A model generated the notes under the pieces. It had not been told where the DNA came from. It was given only the letters and a program-made list of their open reading frames with translations, and did no database searches. This document shows, one piece after another, positions 52,501 to 64,000 of a stretch of 64,000 nt of DNA; position 1 is the stretch's first letter, and each line of letters starts with the position of its first letter. The stretch lies in assembly GCA_001662655.1 (NCBI GenBank), contig KV460248.1; one strand, written 5' to 3'. The position numbers and the translations under genes were made by a program. This DNA comes from Pseudogymnoascus verrucosus. Lineage: Eukaryota.

Positions 52501-53468
52501 GACCTGGCGCCTCAACTTCCCCTCCGCGAATATGTACGAAATGTCAGCCTTCGACGTCTGCGAGATCTGGGCCAAGGAAGCCAAAGCCGGCATGGCAAAC
52601 CGTGCTCAGGTGGATATTCTTCACATCTCGCCGCCATGCCAGTTTTTCTCGCCAGCTCATACGATTCCCGGGAAAGATGATGATATGAATACTGCTAGTT
52701 TGCTTGCTTGTGGACGACTCCTTGCGCTAGTGAAGCCGAGAGTGGTGACGCTGGAGCAGACTTTTGGGATTGGACATGCGGAGTTTACGAGGTGGTTTAA
52801 TGCGTTGATCCATCAGTTTACTGATAATGGGTATTCACTGCGTTGGAAAATCTGTCATCTCCAGGACTGGGTATGTCTTTTCTCCATTCTCCTTCCCTCC
52901 CGTTCCCATCCTCACTCCCTCAATATATATGTGTCCAAACTAACAACCCTCCCAGGGTCTCCCACAGCGCCGCCAGCGCCTCATCATCATCGCCGCCTGC
53001 CCCGGCGAGACTCTCCCCCCCCTCCCTCCCTACACCCACTCCAAGCACCCCACAGCCCTCAACGGTCTCAAACCCTACACATCCGTCAACACCCTCCTAA
53101 CCTCCATCCCCCGCAACGCACCCGACCACGACCTGACCTCCTCCCTCGCCAAGCCCCTCCACGAGAGTCCCTGGGACGGAACCAGCATTGCTCCCCGCGC
53201 CATCACCACGCATGGAGGGCAGAATTACCATCCCAGCGGAACTAGGGGGTTCACGAACCGCGAGTTAGCTACGTTGCAGGGGTTTCCGGCGGGTCATAGG
53301 TTTGGCGAGAAAAACGTCAAGAAGCAGATTGGGAATGCGGTGCCGCCGAGCATTGCGGCGGTGCTGTTTGGGGCTGTGAGGAAGGCGTTGGAGGCGGCTG
53401 ATGGGGTGGAGAGGGTTGTGGTTGATGTTGGGGGGGGGGTGGAGAGGGAGGTTTTTGTTGTTGATTGA
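49538..53468 (+). CDS. rid: RID/DmtA/Masc1-family C5 cytosine DNA methyltransferase-like protein; 4 exons, 1200 aa in the full model
   Basis: Motif I YTYGDAF|CGAGG, motif IV DILHISPPCQFFSPAH, motif VI LEQTFG (EQT in place of ENV, typical of RID), motif VIII GLPQRRQRL, motif IX RELATLQGFP and motif X QIGNAVPP. Exons 49538-50231, 50406-52343, 52413-52870 and 52956-53468 total 3603 nt. Exon 1 is less certain than the rest; the alternative start is ATG 50714. Confidence 0.9.
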
Positions 53469-55827
53469 GTGGGTGGTTGGGATGTGTTTCCTTTTTTTTC
53501 TTTTGTGTTTTGTGTTTTGGGAATGGGTGGAGAGGGGGTTGGGGGGTTGATTATGGGTAGATTGGGCGTTAAGGTGTTTGTTTTTGCTGTTTAGGGGTGG
53601 GTAGATTGTGGGGGAGTTGAGAGATGGTGAGTGGGGGTGGATAGATTGTGAGCTAAGGGATGAGATGACGGAGAGAGATGCCGTTTTTGGGTTATTCCAG
53701 CGGTCGAGGGTATTGGTTTTGCAGTTGACGATACTGGTTTTTTTCACAGATAGTGGCAGGCCTTGGTCTCGCATGAGAGATTCATTGACCAGTCCGATAG
53801 TCTGACGGGAAGTGGAGGGATTTGCAGTTATGGATGGATGGATGGAGGATACACTTTCTGGATCGCCTGGCAGGAGATAGATGCCTTTGGCTGTACAGTT
53901 ATGATACAGATGGGCGGCGTGGTATCAGGTTTCCCATCCAGGAACTATAGATAGATAGGTAGGCAATCCTTCACTCAGAATGAGAATAGAGATGATATAC
54001 ATGAAGTAAAACCTTGCTGTAGGAGTACGTTTGTGACTGATATAAACCCTCATGTTCAAAAATCGTCGTATATTGTTTCGGTCGCCGTATAATCCGGGTG
54101 GACGAGCCTCAAACAACAAGAGTTCATGTTTTTAGCCCTTTCTATAGCAAATATTTCGTTTGTATTGCCGTCTTCGTGCTCTTTTGGGTTTCATTCTCTT
54201 GTTGAGAAAAGGAGGAGTATGTGGAGACGACGACGTCAATTCTATTCTCAAAAGCCCTCTACGCGGCCTCAGAGCCGTACAAAAAAGTGGTGAAAACAAT
54301 ACACCCATCACTGAGAAAGCACATACAAACACCCAGGCTACCAGCTGAGTAATCCCATAGGTGGGGCCCCTGAACTGCGTTGGTCCCGCGATATGTGCGA
54401 ATAAGCGCGCTTAATTTATCAAACTCCCTCGATGCCCGAGTGGTTAACTACGTCATTGTCAAGCGCGCGCTAATCATATAACAGGTGTTCGCTTGCGATC
54501 GCCGGGGTCACGTGTTCGACCCCAACGGCTCATGACCGTCTCCTGTTTTCCTTTGTTTGCGATTTGATTTATGCCCCCCAATCGGGGGGGCATCTGTTGC
54601 ATACATGTATATAATTATAAAAACTCAAAAATACAAAAAAAAAGTTTAAAGGTACGTAACATTCCATTCCTTGAAATCACTCGGGCATCAAACAGATTTT
54701 TTTTAGATTCAATATCTTTTTATTTTTTTGGGGTTATAGTTTAATATTTGTGAACTATGAGAACAGGATGATAGCTTCCTTTGATGGCGAGACAAAGAAG
54801 TATGTAGTTTGCTTATATCTTAAAGAAGGAATCCAGTCGATACTAAAGTTTGATAGTATAGCTATTCCAGAACTCTTTTTAATTTACACTGTCACTCAGT
54901 CCCCTTGACTGCCTTGAGTCCATCCTCGTCTCGCTCTCCCAACGGTTAACTCCAACGAACAACCCTCTCCTCTGAATTGATCTTCATCAATCCCTACTCC
55001 CATGCCTTTCCTCGTTTTGGCCCTTCTCTTGCTGCGCCGTGTTTCTGAGCTTCCAACCCGAAGCTTCCTCTCCATGGCGATCGCTGCCAGCATGTTGGTC
55101 TGGCCTCCAACTGTTGAGACTTATCGAATCTCCTCCAACCCCGCTCGTCTTGGGATGAATATCCTTTGCATGTATCGCCGTTCTGCTTTGCTGCCCAGAG
55201 CTTATATGTTCTCAAATCCAAGCATCCCTCCAAATCATATTGCTCGACCGTCGCGGCGTCAACCCCTCCCTTGCAGCCCTTCTCGGCGCCCTCATCGGCA
55301 AACCCGTAGAAATCGGCGCCAACTGCCGCCGTCTGTTCCGACGCACAACAGTGCTTTTCCTGCTCTCTCTTTGATCAGAGAGATAATTCCCTTTCAGATC
55401 GCAATACCCGCGCGGCAGAATAACCTCCATCTCCACACTCTCGGCACATAATTCCTCCGAACCCGATAGTACGTCACTGTCCGGAGTGTGGTGGGGGTGG
55501 TGCATGAATAATCGCAGCACATGAGGGAGGTGGAGCATATTGAACCGGATTTGATTGATAAAGGACGTTGAAGAAGAAATTTGTATTTCGTTCGTATTAA
55601 ATTCGATATTTTGTTATCTGCCAAGAAGAGGGTTCAACAAGTTCTATATACCGCCCATCTTCCCCGCCGCCCCTGTCCCTCTCAAACCCCCCCGCGTTTC
55701 AACCCCGCCATCCTTCGAAACCGTCGAGAATCTGCTTCACCTCCGTTTCAGCTGAACCCGCAAAGCAACCATAGAAACACACCCCGTCGAAGACCACCCC
55801 CCCCCCCCCGCCTCACCAACTGCCGCA

Positions 55828-56785
55828 ATGACTACACCCCGCGTCTTCGTCGTCCGCCACGGCGAGACGGAATGGTCCCTGAACGGGCGCCACACCGGCA
55901 CCACCGAGCTCCCCCTAACCGCCAACGGCGAGAAGCGCGTCAAAGCTACCGGGCACGCCTTAATCGGGAATGACAGGCTGATCGTGCCTGGCTCGCTGCT
56001 TCACGTGTAACTCCTCCCGCCCTCCTCCCTCCCTTCTCTCCATGGCATTGGACGATAACTAACAATCGCGCGCACAGCTATGTATCACCCCGCCATCGCG
56101 CGCAGCGCACCCTCGAGCTCCTAGACATTGGATGGGCGGAGAAGCTTCCCTGGGCTGAGAAACCAGACCCAGATGTGCGGGTGCGCTGCGATGCGTCGGT
56201 GGAGATCACGGAGGATATTAGGGAGTGGGATTATGGAGATTACGAGGGTGTTACGAGCGCGGAGATCAAGAAGCAGCGCGATGAGGCTGGGCTGCCGAAG
56301 TGGGATATTTGGAGGGATGGGTGTCCGGGTGGAGAGTAAGTGGACCGAACAAGCCGACCTGGAGGGCACCCCTGGATAATGAGCTAATGAGAGTTGGACA
56401 GGTCGCCGGCGGATATCACGAATAGGTTGAATAGGCTTATCAAGGATATACGCACGAGATGGCACGCTGATGTTATTGGAACGACGGAGAATGTGCCGAA
56501 GGATGTGTTGATCGTGGCGCATGGACATATTCTGCGTGCCTTTGCGATGTTGTGGGTGGGTAAGGCGATTGAGGACGGGCCGAGTTTGTTGCTGGAGGCT
56601 GGTGGTGTTGGGACGCTGAGGTAAGTCATCTCTAAGGGGGGTTTGTTTGGTTGTTGAAGATGGTACTGACTGAGGATAGTTATGAACATCATTCGCTTGA
56701 TGAGCCGGCTATTCTGCTTGGTGGAAGTTTCATGGTTGATGTTGTTGAGAATGCGCAGGAGGTGGCTGCTGAACAAAAGGCGTAA
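55828..56785 (+). CDS. Histidine phosphatase (phosphoglycerate mutase family; Shb17 sedoheptulose-bisphosphatase-like); 4 exons
   Basis: [64 protein letters not shown] and GVGTLSYEHH; three canonical introns. Confidence 0.92.
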
Positions 56786-56954
56786 GGGATAGAGTCCTGA
56801 TATATTGAGCAATCTATGACCTATACATTGAATTCACCAACGTAAATTCCCTTCATAAAACCCTCAATATACCAAACTACCATTCCACACCCCCCGCCAA
56901 CACACCACCCCCATCCAACTTCCCAACCCCCATCATCCCCAAACCCACCCCCTT

Positions 56955-57928
56955 TCACGCCTTCGTCCCCCTCGCAATAAACACCTCCCTCCTCATCCTC
57001 TTCTCCTCCGGCCCAATCACAACCCCCTTCCCCAGCACCTTATACCCGAAATCCAACCCCACCCCCGCCTGCTCAAACAATTTCTGCACCTCCTCCTTCG
57101 AGAATCCCATATGCATCACCGTCTCCGCAACTTTCGTCTCCTCCTTCTTCTCTTCTGCCGCGCTTTCTTTCTCCCCATGACTGTGGCCGCCGTGTCCATG
57201 TCCATGGCCGTGGCCGTGGCCGTGGTCGTGACTGTGGCCATGACCACCATGTCTATGCCCATGCACATCATCGTGTGGTAAGAAATCAAGTATAACCAAC
57301 GCCCCCCCCTTCTTCAATCTCTCCCCCAGCCTTCTGGCCGCTAATCCCACGTCGTCAAAATGATGAAACCCCAACCCCACAACCGCGAGATCAAACTCCC
57401 AGAACTCGCTCCCCTCAAACTCTTTCGGTCTATCCACATTTGGATCTATGAGATCCCCCACCCACGCGTGGACTTCATTTTCTTCGAGCCCCTGGTTACT
57501 CGCCGTGGTGTTGTAGGCGGCCACCATGCCGGCGGACACATCGATCCCGACCACCCTACTGCAGTGTTCAGAGAGGGCTTTGGTGATGGTGCCCGTGCCG
57601 CAGGCGTAGTCGAGGAGGGTGAAGGGGGTGGTGCTGGGGTCGGTGGGGAAGGGGGCGAGGAAGGGGAGGGAGGATTGGAGGGAGCGGGTTAGGTCGGCGA
57701 GGGTTTTGGCGTGTTTGGTGTCGTAGGTTGCTGCTTCGGTGCTTTGGGGGGGGGTAGGTGTTAGTTTTTGGAGCTTGGTTTTTTGGAGATAAGGAGTTGG
57801 GGTGAGGGGAGCAGATGGCAAGGGAAATGGGAAGAGGGGATTGGGGGGGGGGGTGTTTGGATGGAGGAGGAGGGGACGAGGATGGCTCACTCGAAGAAAG
57901 CTTTGTTTTTCCCTGCAGAGTCTGCCAT
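56955..57928 (-). CDS. Class I SAM-dependent methyltransferase with His/Gly-rich insert; 2 exons
   Basis: MADSAGKNKAFFD|TEAATYD; motif I LLDYACGTG, VVGIDVSAGMV, FDLAVVGLGFHH, LKKGGALVILDF, then HGHRHGGHGHSHDHGHGHGHGHGHGGHSH; intron about 57890-57742. Confidence 0.9.
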
Positions 57929-60613
57929 GATTGATTATCTGTATCTGTATAATAGACGAGTTATTCTATCAGACTCTTGTAATTGTATTGAGGTTATAAG
58001 TTAATCGTCGTCTACCTCCCAAGGCTACTTCCGCGCGTCCCTGACCTCCATATAATTCCCCAACCCCGCACCACACCAGGCACCCGCCCGCCGGAACATC
58101 ATTATTGCGAACGAATACCCCGCGCCGCCAGCACACAGAGCATCATCGAGGGCCACTTGTATGAAGCACTGGTGATCTGAGCTGAAGCCTGTCCAGACAT
58201 ATCAGCGCGAATCCCAATCTTCGATCGAGATAGTACTGCTTGAGCCTCCTATCCCCGCTCCCGTAACTAGCCGTCACCTTACACCATTCGTGAAAACAGC
58301 CTCAATACCCCTCAAATCCAGGGGCTTCATTCATTAACCCATCCATCACATCCCCATATCCCCATAAGCACGCACACAACCCCACTCACCAGATACGTCA
58401 AACTATCGAAAAGCGCCCAGCCGTGCGTGCGCAGTACTATTGAAAAACCACAGTAACCACTACCCCTATCACTCATCACCCATCACATCTCCCCTCCCCC
58501 TTCCCTCCCTATCACGTGCACCGCATCTATCACATCTCACCTGCATCCCCTCCTCCTCCACCGCCGTTACAACGCATCACCACCACCTCGCCTCGCTGGG
58601 CACGAATCCCATCATCCCTCGTAACGCAACGCCCGTCCCAGCGCCTGTCCGATAAGCGAGGTCGAACGCACTCACTCACTCACGTATGCACGCACACAGC
58701 CAGCCAGGCCGCCCCCAACAGTAAATGCGTCAATCACTTACTGTTTTGTGCTGGTGTTGGCGGGTGTACTGTACCCCTCGGCTGGCCGTGCGTGATGTGA
58801 CGGAGGGAGTGAGCGGCGAGGGATGGGAAGGGGAAGGGACCTCACGTCACCGCTCCGCACCGCATGCATCGCGCCGGCGCAGGGACGGGGTGGTGTGGTG
58901 TGGGTTGAGCGTGGTCGGTCTGGGGAGTGTGCGGTAACAGAGTAGTAGAGTGGCGATGGTCAGTAAACGTGGAAAAAGAAGTACCGCGGCCCTACTCTAC
59001 CGTGGTGTGAAAAAAAAAGGGCAAAATCTTAACCATACTATGTAATCAATATACATCACCACACCCTACCCTACACACTACGTAGCCTAAAAAACGACAA
59101 GTACCGCTACCGCCCCCTCCCTTCAGTCTGCAGGACACCGCGGACGGGTTCGGGCGATCGCCCGCGTCCTCCCAGCTCGTCGGGCGGCCTGTTTCGCGGC
59201 CGCGGACTACACTACCATCCCTCCCCTGGATAGCTGTGCTGGGGGGTGGTGGGCCAATGAGCGCGGTTGGCGGGGGATGGAGAGGGATGCGAGTGAGGTG
59301 CGTTATCGACGGATGCTGGCGGGGTGGCGAGGGGTGGTGATGGGGGTTGCGGTTGGGTGGACGGGATGGGATGGGACGGGATGGGTGGTGGATGGATGGG
59401 GGGATGGCTGTTTGCGGCGGTGGGGGCGAGGGGTGAGGGGTTGTTTGTTGGATGGATGATGCATGGTGGTGGTGGTGGTGGTGGTTTGTGTGCGGGACGG
59501 TGACGAGGGACGGCGGTGACGAGCGGTGCGTTGCGGTGCGGTGCGATGTGCAGCGCTGCGATGCCGTTTGTTGGGGATGGGATGGGAGAAGGGGGATTGG
59601 ATTGGCCGTGGCTGTTCGCGGATACGATGGCACGTGTACGGTGTGCAGTACAGTGCACTCCGGTGCGGTGCGTCTCGTCTCTTCCCTTGCTTTTTACCAA
59701 CTGCACCGCCGTTCGCGGCTGCCACGCATTACATTCTCTTCTCGTGACGCCCCCAATGCCCATGCCCATGCCCATGTCCATGCCCTGGCCGGCCATGCCA
59801 TACTGTGGGTAGAAATCCCACAATCCCACAATCCCACTACCCCCAAGCGACCCACGGTAAAGTGACATGGAAGAAAAATGAAATGTGTTCTTCTGTTTTG
59901 GCCGGTTTGTCGGTGTCTTGTTCGTTGGGAAGGAAAATGTGACGTGGTGGGGCGGTGGGCTGTAGGCAGTGGGATGGATTAGTTTTGGGTGGAGATGGGC
60001 GAGACAGGCAGGTTTGTTTCTTGTTCATTCAGCTTGTTCGGGATCCCTGCAGCCCACGCGACGACGAGAGAGCCCCACGGTTCGGCGGTGTGACCGGGTG
60101 TTCTCTGTGTTCTGGCGATGTGATTCTTGCCATTTGACGCTCTGCCGTATCCATATCCATATCCATTCCACTCATCCCTCCCCTCCTTCCCTTCTCAACT
60201 CCTGATATCCACAACGGTTGACTGGTACGAATAGCGGCTAAGCAGAAGGGCGAAACCAATTACACACCGTATATCAAACTCTGCCCAAGCACCAGATCAT
60301 CCTCTACTATGGGGCACAGAGCAGAATCTTCTCTTCCCTTCCGCTTCCCTTTCTTCTCCCCCCCAGGAATGACCCCCAAGCTTATGCACAATCCCCCATC
60401 CCATCCACGGGCGGCGCCTTCCGGCCCGCATCTGCAGGTAGTCACTCGGTCGGTCAGACAGGCAACACGAAACGACAATCCACTTCCCTCCCTCTCCCCT
60501 CCCCTCTCACTCACATCTCACACATTGTGAATGTTACAAAAAAGCAAAAAGAAGACCCGAACAGCGTAGCCACCTGACCCGCCTTTGCCCAGCGCCCAGC
60601 GCCCCGCGAAACT

Positions 60614-60680
60614 CACACAGCACGCACAACACAGCACAGGACAGGACAGCACAGCACAGCAGCACAACGCATCACAGCAG
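60614..60680 (+). repeat. Degenerate (CACAG)n microsatellite
   Basis: cacacagcacgcacaacacagcacaggacaggacagcacagcacagcagcacaac. Confidence 0.6.
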
Positions 60681-63600
60681 GCAAAAACAACACAACGCTA
60701 CGCAAGTTACCGGGTGCGGGGACCCAGAGAGAGGCGGCCAGACGTGGGATTTGGAATGGGACACATAGACACACAGAGACACAGAGACAACGCTATATGC
60801 GGGATGGGGATTGGGTTGGGCTTGCCCTGCCGTGTCCGTGGGTTTGAGTTGCCGTTTGCTGCGAGTGTTCCGCTGCCTGCTCGGCTCGGCTCTCTGCTGC
60901 GTGCGACGGGTCTGCTTTGGCCCTTCCCTTCCCGCTGTTGGCTTGATGTTGTGCTGCCGTACTTTTTGCTGCACCCCCAGGATCTTTACTGCTGCTGACT
61001 GTGTATACTCGCTGTTCGTACTGGCACTCACTCACTGTAGATTTGAATCTGAGTGTCTGAGTGTCTGAGTGTGTTTGGTGGTAGGGTAGGTGACAGTGGG
61101 TAGTGGTAGGTACGGAGATACAACAAAATACTTCCCCGTTCACCCCTCAGGCACCAGGATCTGAACATCTGAACATCTGAACTCACACACCAAACTGACG
61201 CACTCGCACGCATCCGGCGGTCTGGAGGAAAAAGATCGGTACTTGTGTACAAATCGCGACTTTACCAGGATCCCCCCCAGTCACTGCAGGGATCCTGCCC
61301 CAAAAAAAAGTCCCGTACGACTCCTCAGCCTAGCCTCTCTCACCCACCGCATTCCCCCCCTACCCCCTCCCCTCGCAACCATGGTCCATCTCCGTCGGTG
61401 TGCGGGATCGCGTGCGTCCTGACCCCCCATAGGCCGGCACAGCCCGGGATGCCCCCCCTAGCCCCATCCCACCCACCAACCATACAGGCTCCGGGGATTA
61501 TCGGACCCAGGCTACGGGCGGGTTCACTCGCTCGCGAGGGGAGGAGAAGACCCACTAAGTCTCCCCCTCGTACCCCCCTTCGTAGTTGTGGGGCAGAACG
61601 AAAAAACTCCCCAAGACGAAGGCGGATACAGCGATGTGACTGGGCGACAGGGGGTAGGGAGGGAGGGAGACAGGGATAAGCAGGTTCGCGGCGGCGGCGG
61701 CGCGGCTTCGTGCAGCGGGTGCGTGAGCGGGTTGGGCCTTTGACCGCCCTGCGCATGCACACTTAGTACACTGCTGCAGGCTCCGCGCGGTGGTGTGCAG
61801 TAGGATGTGCAGGGTTGGGTGGCCCGGCCCACACTAAACTGCAACGCACGCACCGTCGGATGCGGGTGCACGCATGAGATTCTGGTCACAGGACCGCTGA
61901 GAGCGGATAAGCGGCCTTTTTGGGGAGAGGGGGGGAATCACACCGCTTGCTTGTTGGCTTCGGGGTTGCCTATTCGTTGGTGTTGATGGGGGGAGATGGA
62001 TGGGCACCCTTCGGGGGTTATGCCTCGTTTTTGGGCAGAAGGGGAGGGGGAGGGAGGGGGAGGTATCTTTGTGATGGGTAGTGTGTACTTTAACTCTTTG
62101 GGCTGTGGTTTGGAGGGAGGGGAGGGATTTGGGGTATTTGGGCATGGATGGATGGCCTGGGGATGGATGGGATGGGGGATAAATGGAGACCACAGTGCTG
62201 GACGGACGGGGATGGAGGAATTGGAGAAATGGAGAAAAAACATGGGAGAGATTGGTAAACTGTAACAGTACCACGGCAAGCCCACTGCCACTTAAATCTG
62301 GCACTGTCCTCGATCCGGCGCACTCTCTGCGGAGCCCAGATTACAGTACCATCCATCCGTCGTCGCGACGGTTTGTGTTTGTGTGGTTGTGTGGTATTGG
62401 CACTGCGTCAGAGGGGGAGTCCAGACTTTCGGCGACGGGCTGGCATCGGGAGTTTCCTTTCCACAACCCAAGGGCAAGTCGCAACGACATCAAGATACAC
62501 CGCACTCACCCTCTCTACAGTGAAGTGCAGTACGCCCGCCCTATCCCTTCCGTCAGCATCCCGTCACTCACAAACCCCTCACCATCACCAAGAACTCCTA
62601 CATACATACTATTGCATCATCCCCCTATATAACCGCCTTGCCCTGTGTGTCAAGTGACGTTGGACCAAAAAACCCTCCCTCGCGCCCGACCAAACCTGAA
62701 CTGAACTGCCTTGGGCCGCTCCGCTCGGGGCACTGCAAACACCAGCACCACGGGTACTGGGATGCGCTGCTGCACCTCGCCCGAAACCGTCGGCTGCGAC
62801 ACGACACGACACATCGATATGATGGACTGCTGTTGCGGACGCAGGCAGGGTCCTTGACGCAGGCGGGCTGCGAGGCATGGCATGCAAGCAAGCACGGCGG
62901 TACGGTGGGCGCGTCGTCGCCGTTTTGTTGAAAGGGGGGGAAGGGGGGGGGGGGTTGTTGGGTTTGCGGTTGCGTTGACTTGACTTGATGTTCAGCTTGC
63001 TGCAGGATGCTTATCATATATCTCATTGAGATCATCAGGCCGCGATGAGACGGCCTGCCTCGTTGGTGCTTGTGTTGGATTGTTGGCTGTCCATCCCCCT
63101 TCCTCCCTCCCTTTCCCCTTTCCCTCCCTCTCCCTCCCTCCCGTACATCCTCACCTCCCTCCAACTACCAACGTCGCACACCCGCACGCCCACCCAACCC
63201 CAATCGACAGACAAACACACCGTCCTGTCTCCGCCCTACCCTGCGTCCGACGCAACGGCGGTGCACAGGCGCAACGCGCGGGTACTCCCTCCCTCCCTCC
63301 CTCCCTTCGCCGCCTGAAACCCCCATCCATCCCGCGCGCTGCGCTCAGGCATCGCGCCCCCGTCCGTCCGTCTCCTTTGCCGATTTTCTGCATCGCGGGA
63401 GGGAGGGACGGGGCATCGGCGGTGCGTGCGGTGGGGGGAAAAGGGGGGAGCCCGGGGGGGGAGGGGGAGGTGAGGTGTCGTAGATCAAACAGGTCTGTTC
63501 TCTGTTCCTCCTTGCTGTGCGTTGGCGGGCTGCTGGGGGCGGGGGGGGGGGTGGAGAGGCGGATTGGGGGCGCTCCGAGACATTTGCAAGTCTCGGTGAA

Positions 63601-64000
63601 GGACCGAGGCGAGGGTGAAGGGGGGAGGTGAGGATTGATAATTCCTCCTCCGTGTTTGTGCTTATCACCTGCCCTCCACCCCCCGGCGACCGTTCGCCCC
63701 TTTATTTTGCTTTTGTTTAGGTGGTTAGGTGGTGCCCGAGACACGGCCTGGGGAGCTGCTGGGGGAGGGAATTGGGATTGGGGGTGGGACTCATTTCGTA
63801 TTTTCCTTTCCCGTCTCGAAGCACGGCGAGAGAGAGATTGTTAATTTGGCGATGATGGCGCGTGGTGCTGCACAAACTGGATACAAACTGCACACAGACA
63901 GGCGTTGGGTGTTTGGGGGCAGTGCGTGTGTGTGTGTACTTTACGGTACTGTTACTGTAAGATACATTCCTCTATCTAACCTAACCGCTGCCCGAAATAA

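Noticed and set aside
54896..55760. Short ORFs and a hairpin (55433-55491) as a gene or structural RNA
   Set aside because: No consistent reading frame and no tRNA, snoRNA or telomerase-template hallmarks; one short stem is expected by chance.
59046..63844. Many 100-220 aa Pro/His/Gly-rich ORFs
   Set aside because: Low-complexity GC-rich DNA lacking stops; ORFs overlap in all frames and show no domain motifs.

Overview
Gene-dense window of a filamentous ascomycete genome, with spliceosomal GT..AG introns and CTAAC-type branch sites. The gene content and style suggest a Leotiomycete, but the taxon is only a guess. It holds about 21 protein-coding genes: CYP504-type P450, extended SDR, Mpv17/PMP22, ATP7, EGD2, RPL14, a San1-type RING protein, FUM1, tetraspanin PLS1, GNA1, class-3 lipase, CNL1, TEF1, an SLS1-like mitochondrial protein, an orphan tail-anchored protein, an Spp1-like PHD protein, choline kinase, an auxin-efflux-carrier-family transporter, PBS2, a RID/DmtA cytosine methyltransferase, a histidine phosphatase and a His-rich SAM methyltransferase. 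I saw no rRNA, tRNA or CRISPR. Highlights: (1) the rid gene splices in phase to an upstream repeat-rich ORF, giving a 1200-aa protein; (2) a RIP-scarred LTR-like relic; (3) an accessory-looking block at 31.5-37.3 kb with a higher-order 52-bp repeat array, an orphan membrane protein and an intronless Spp1-like gene with 117-bp internal repeats; (4) two copies of a CGGAAC-N2-GTTCCG palindrome in the divergent P450/SDR promoter. All calls are by eye, with no database searches.
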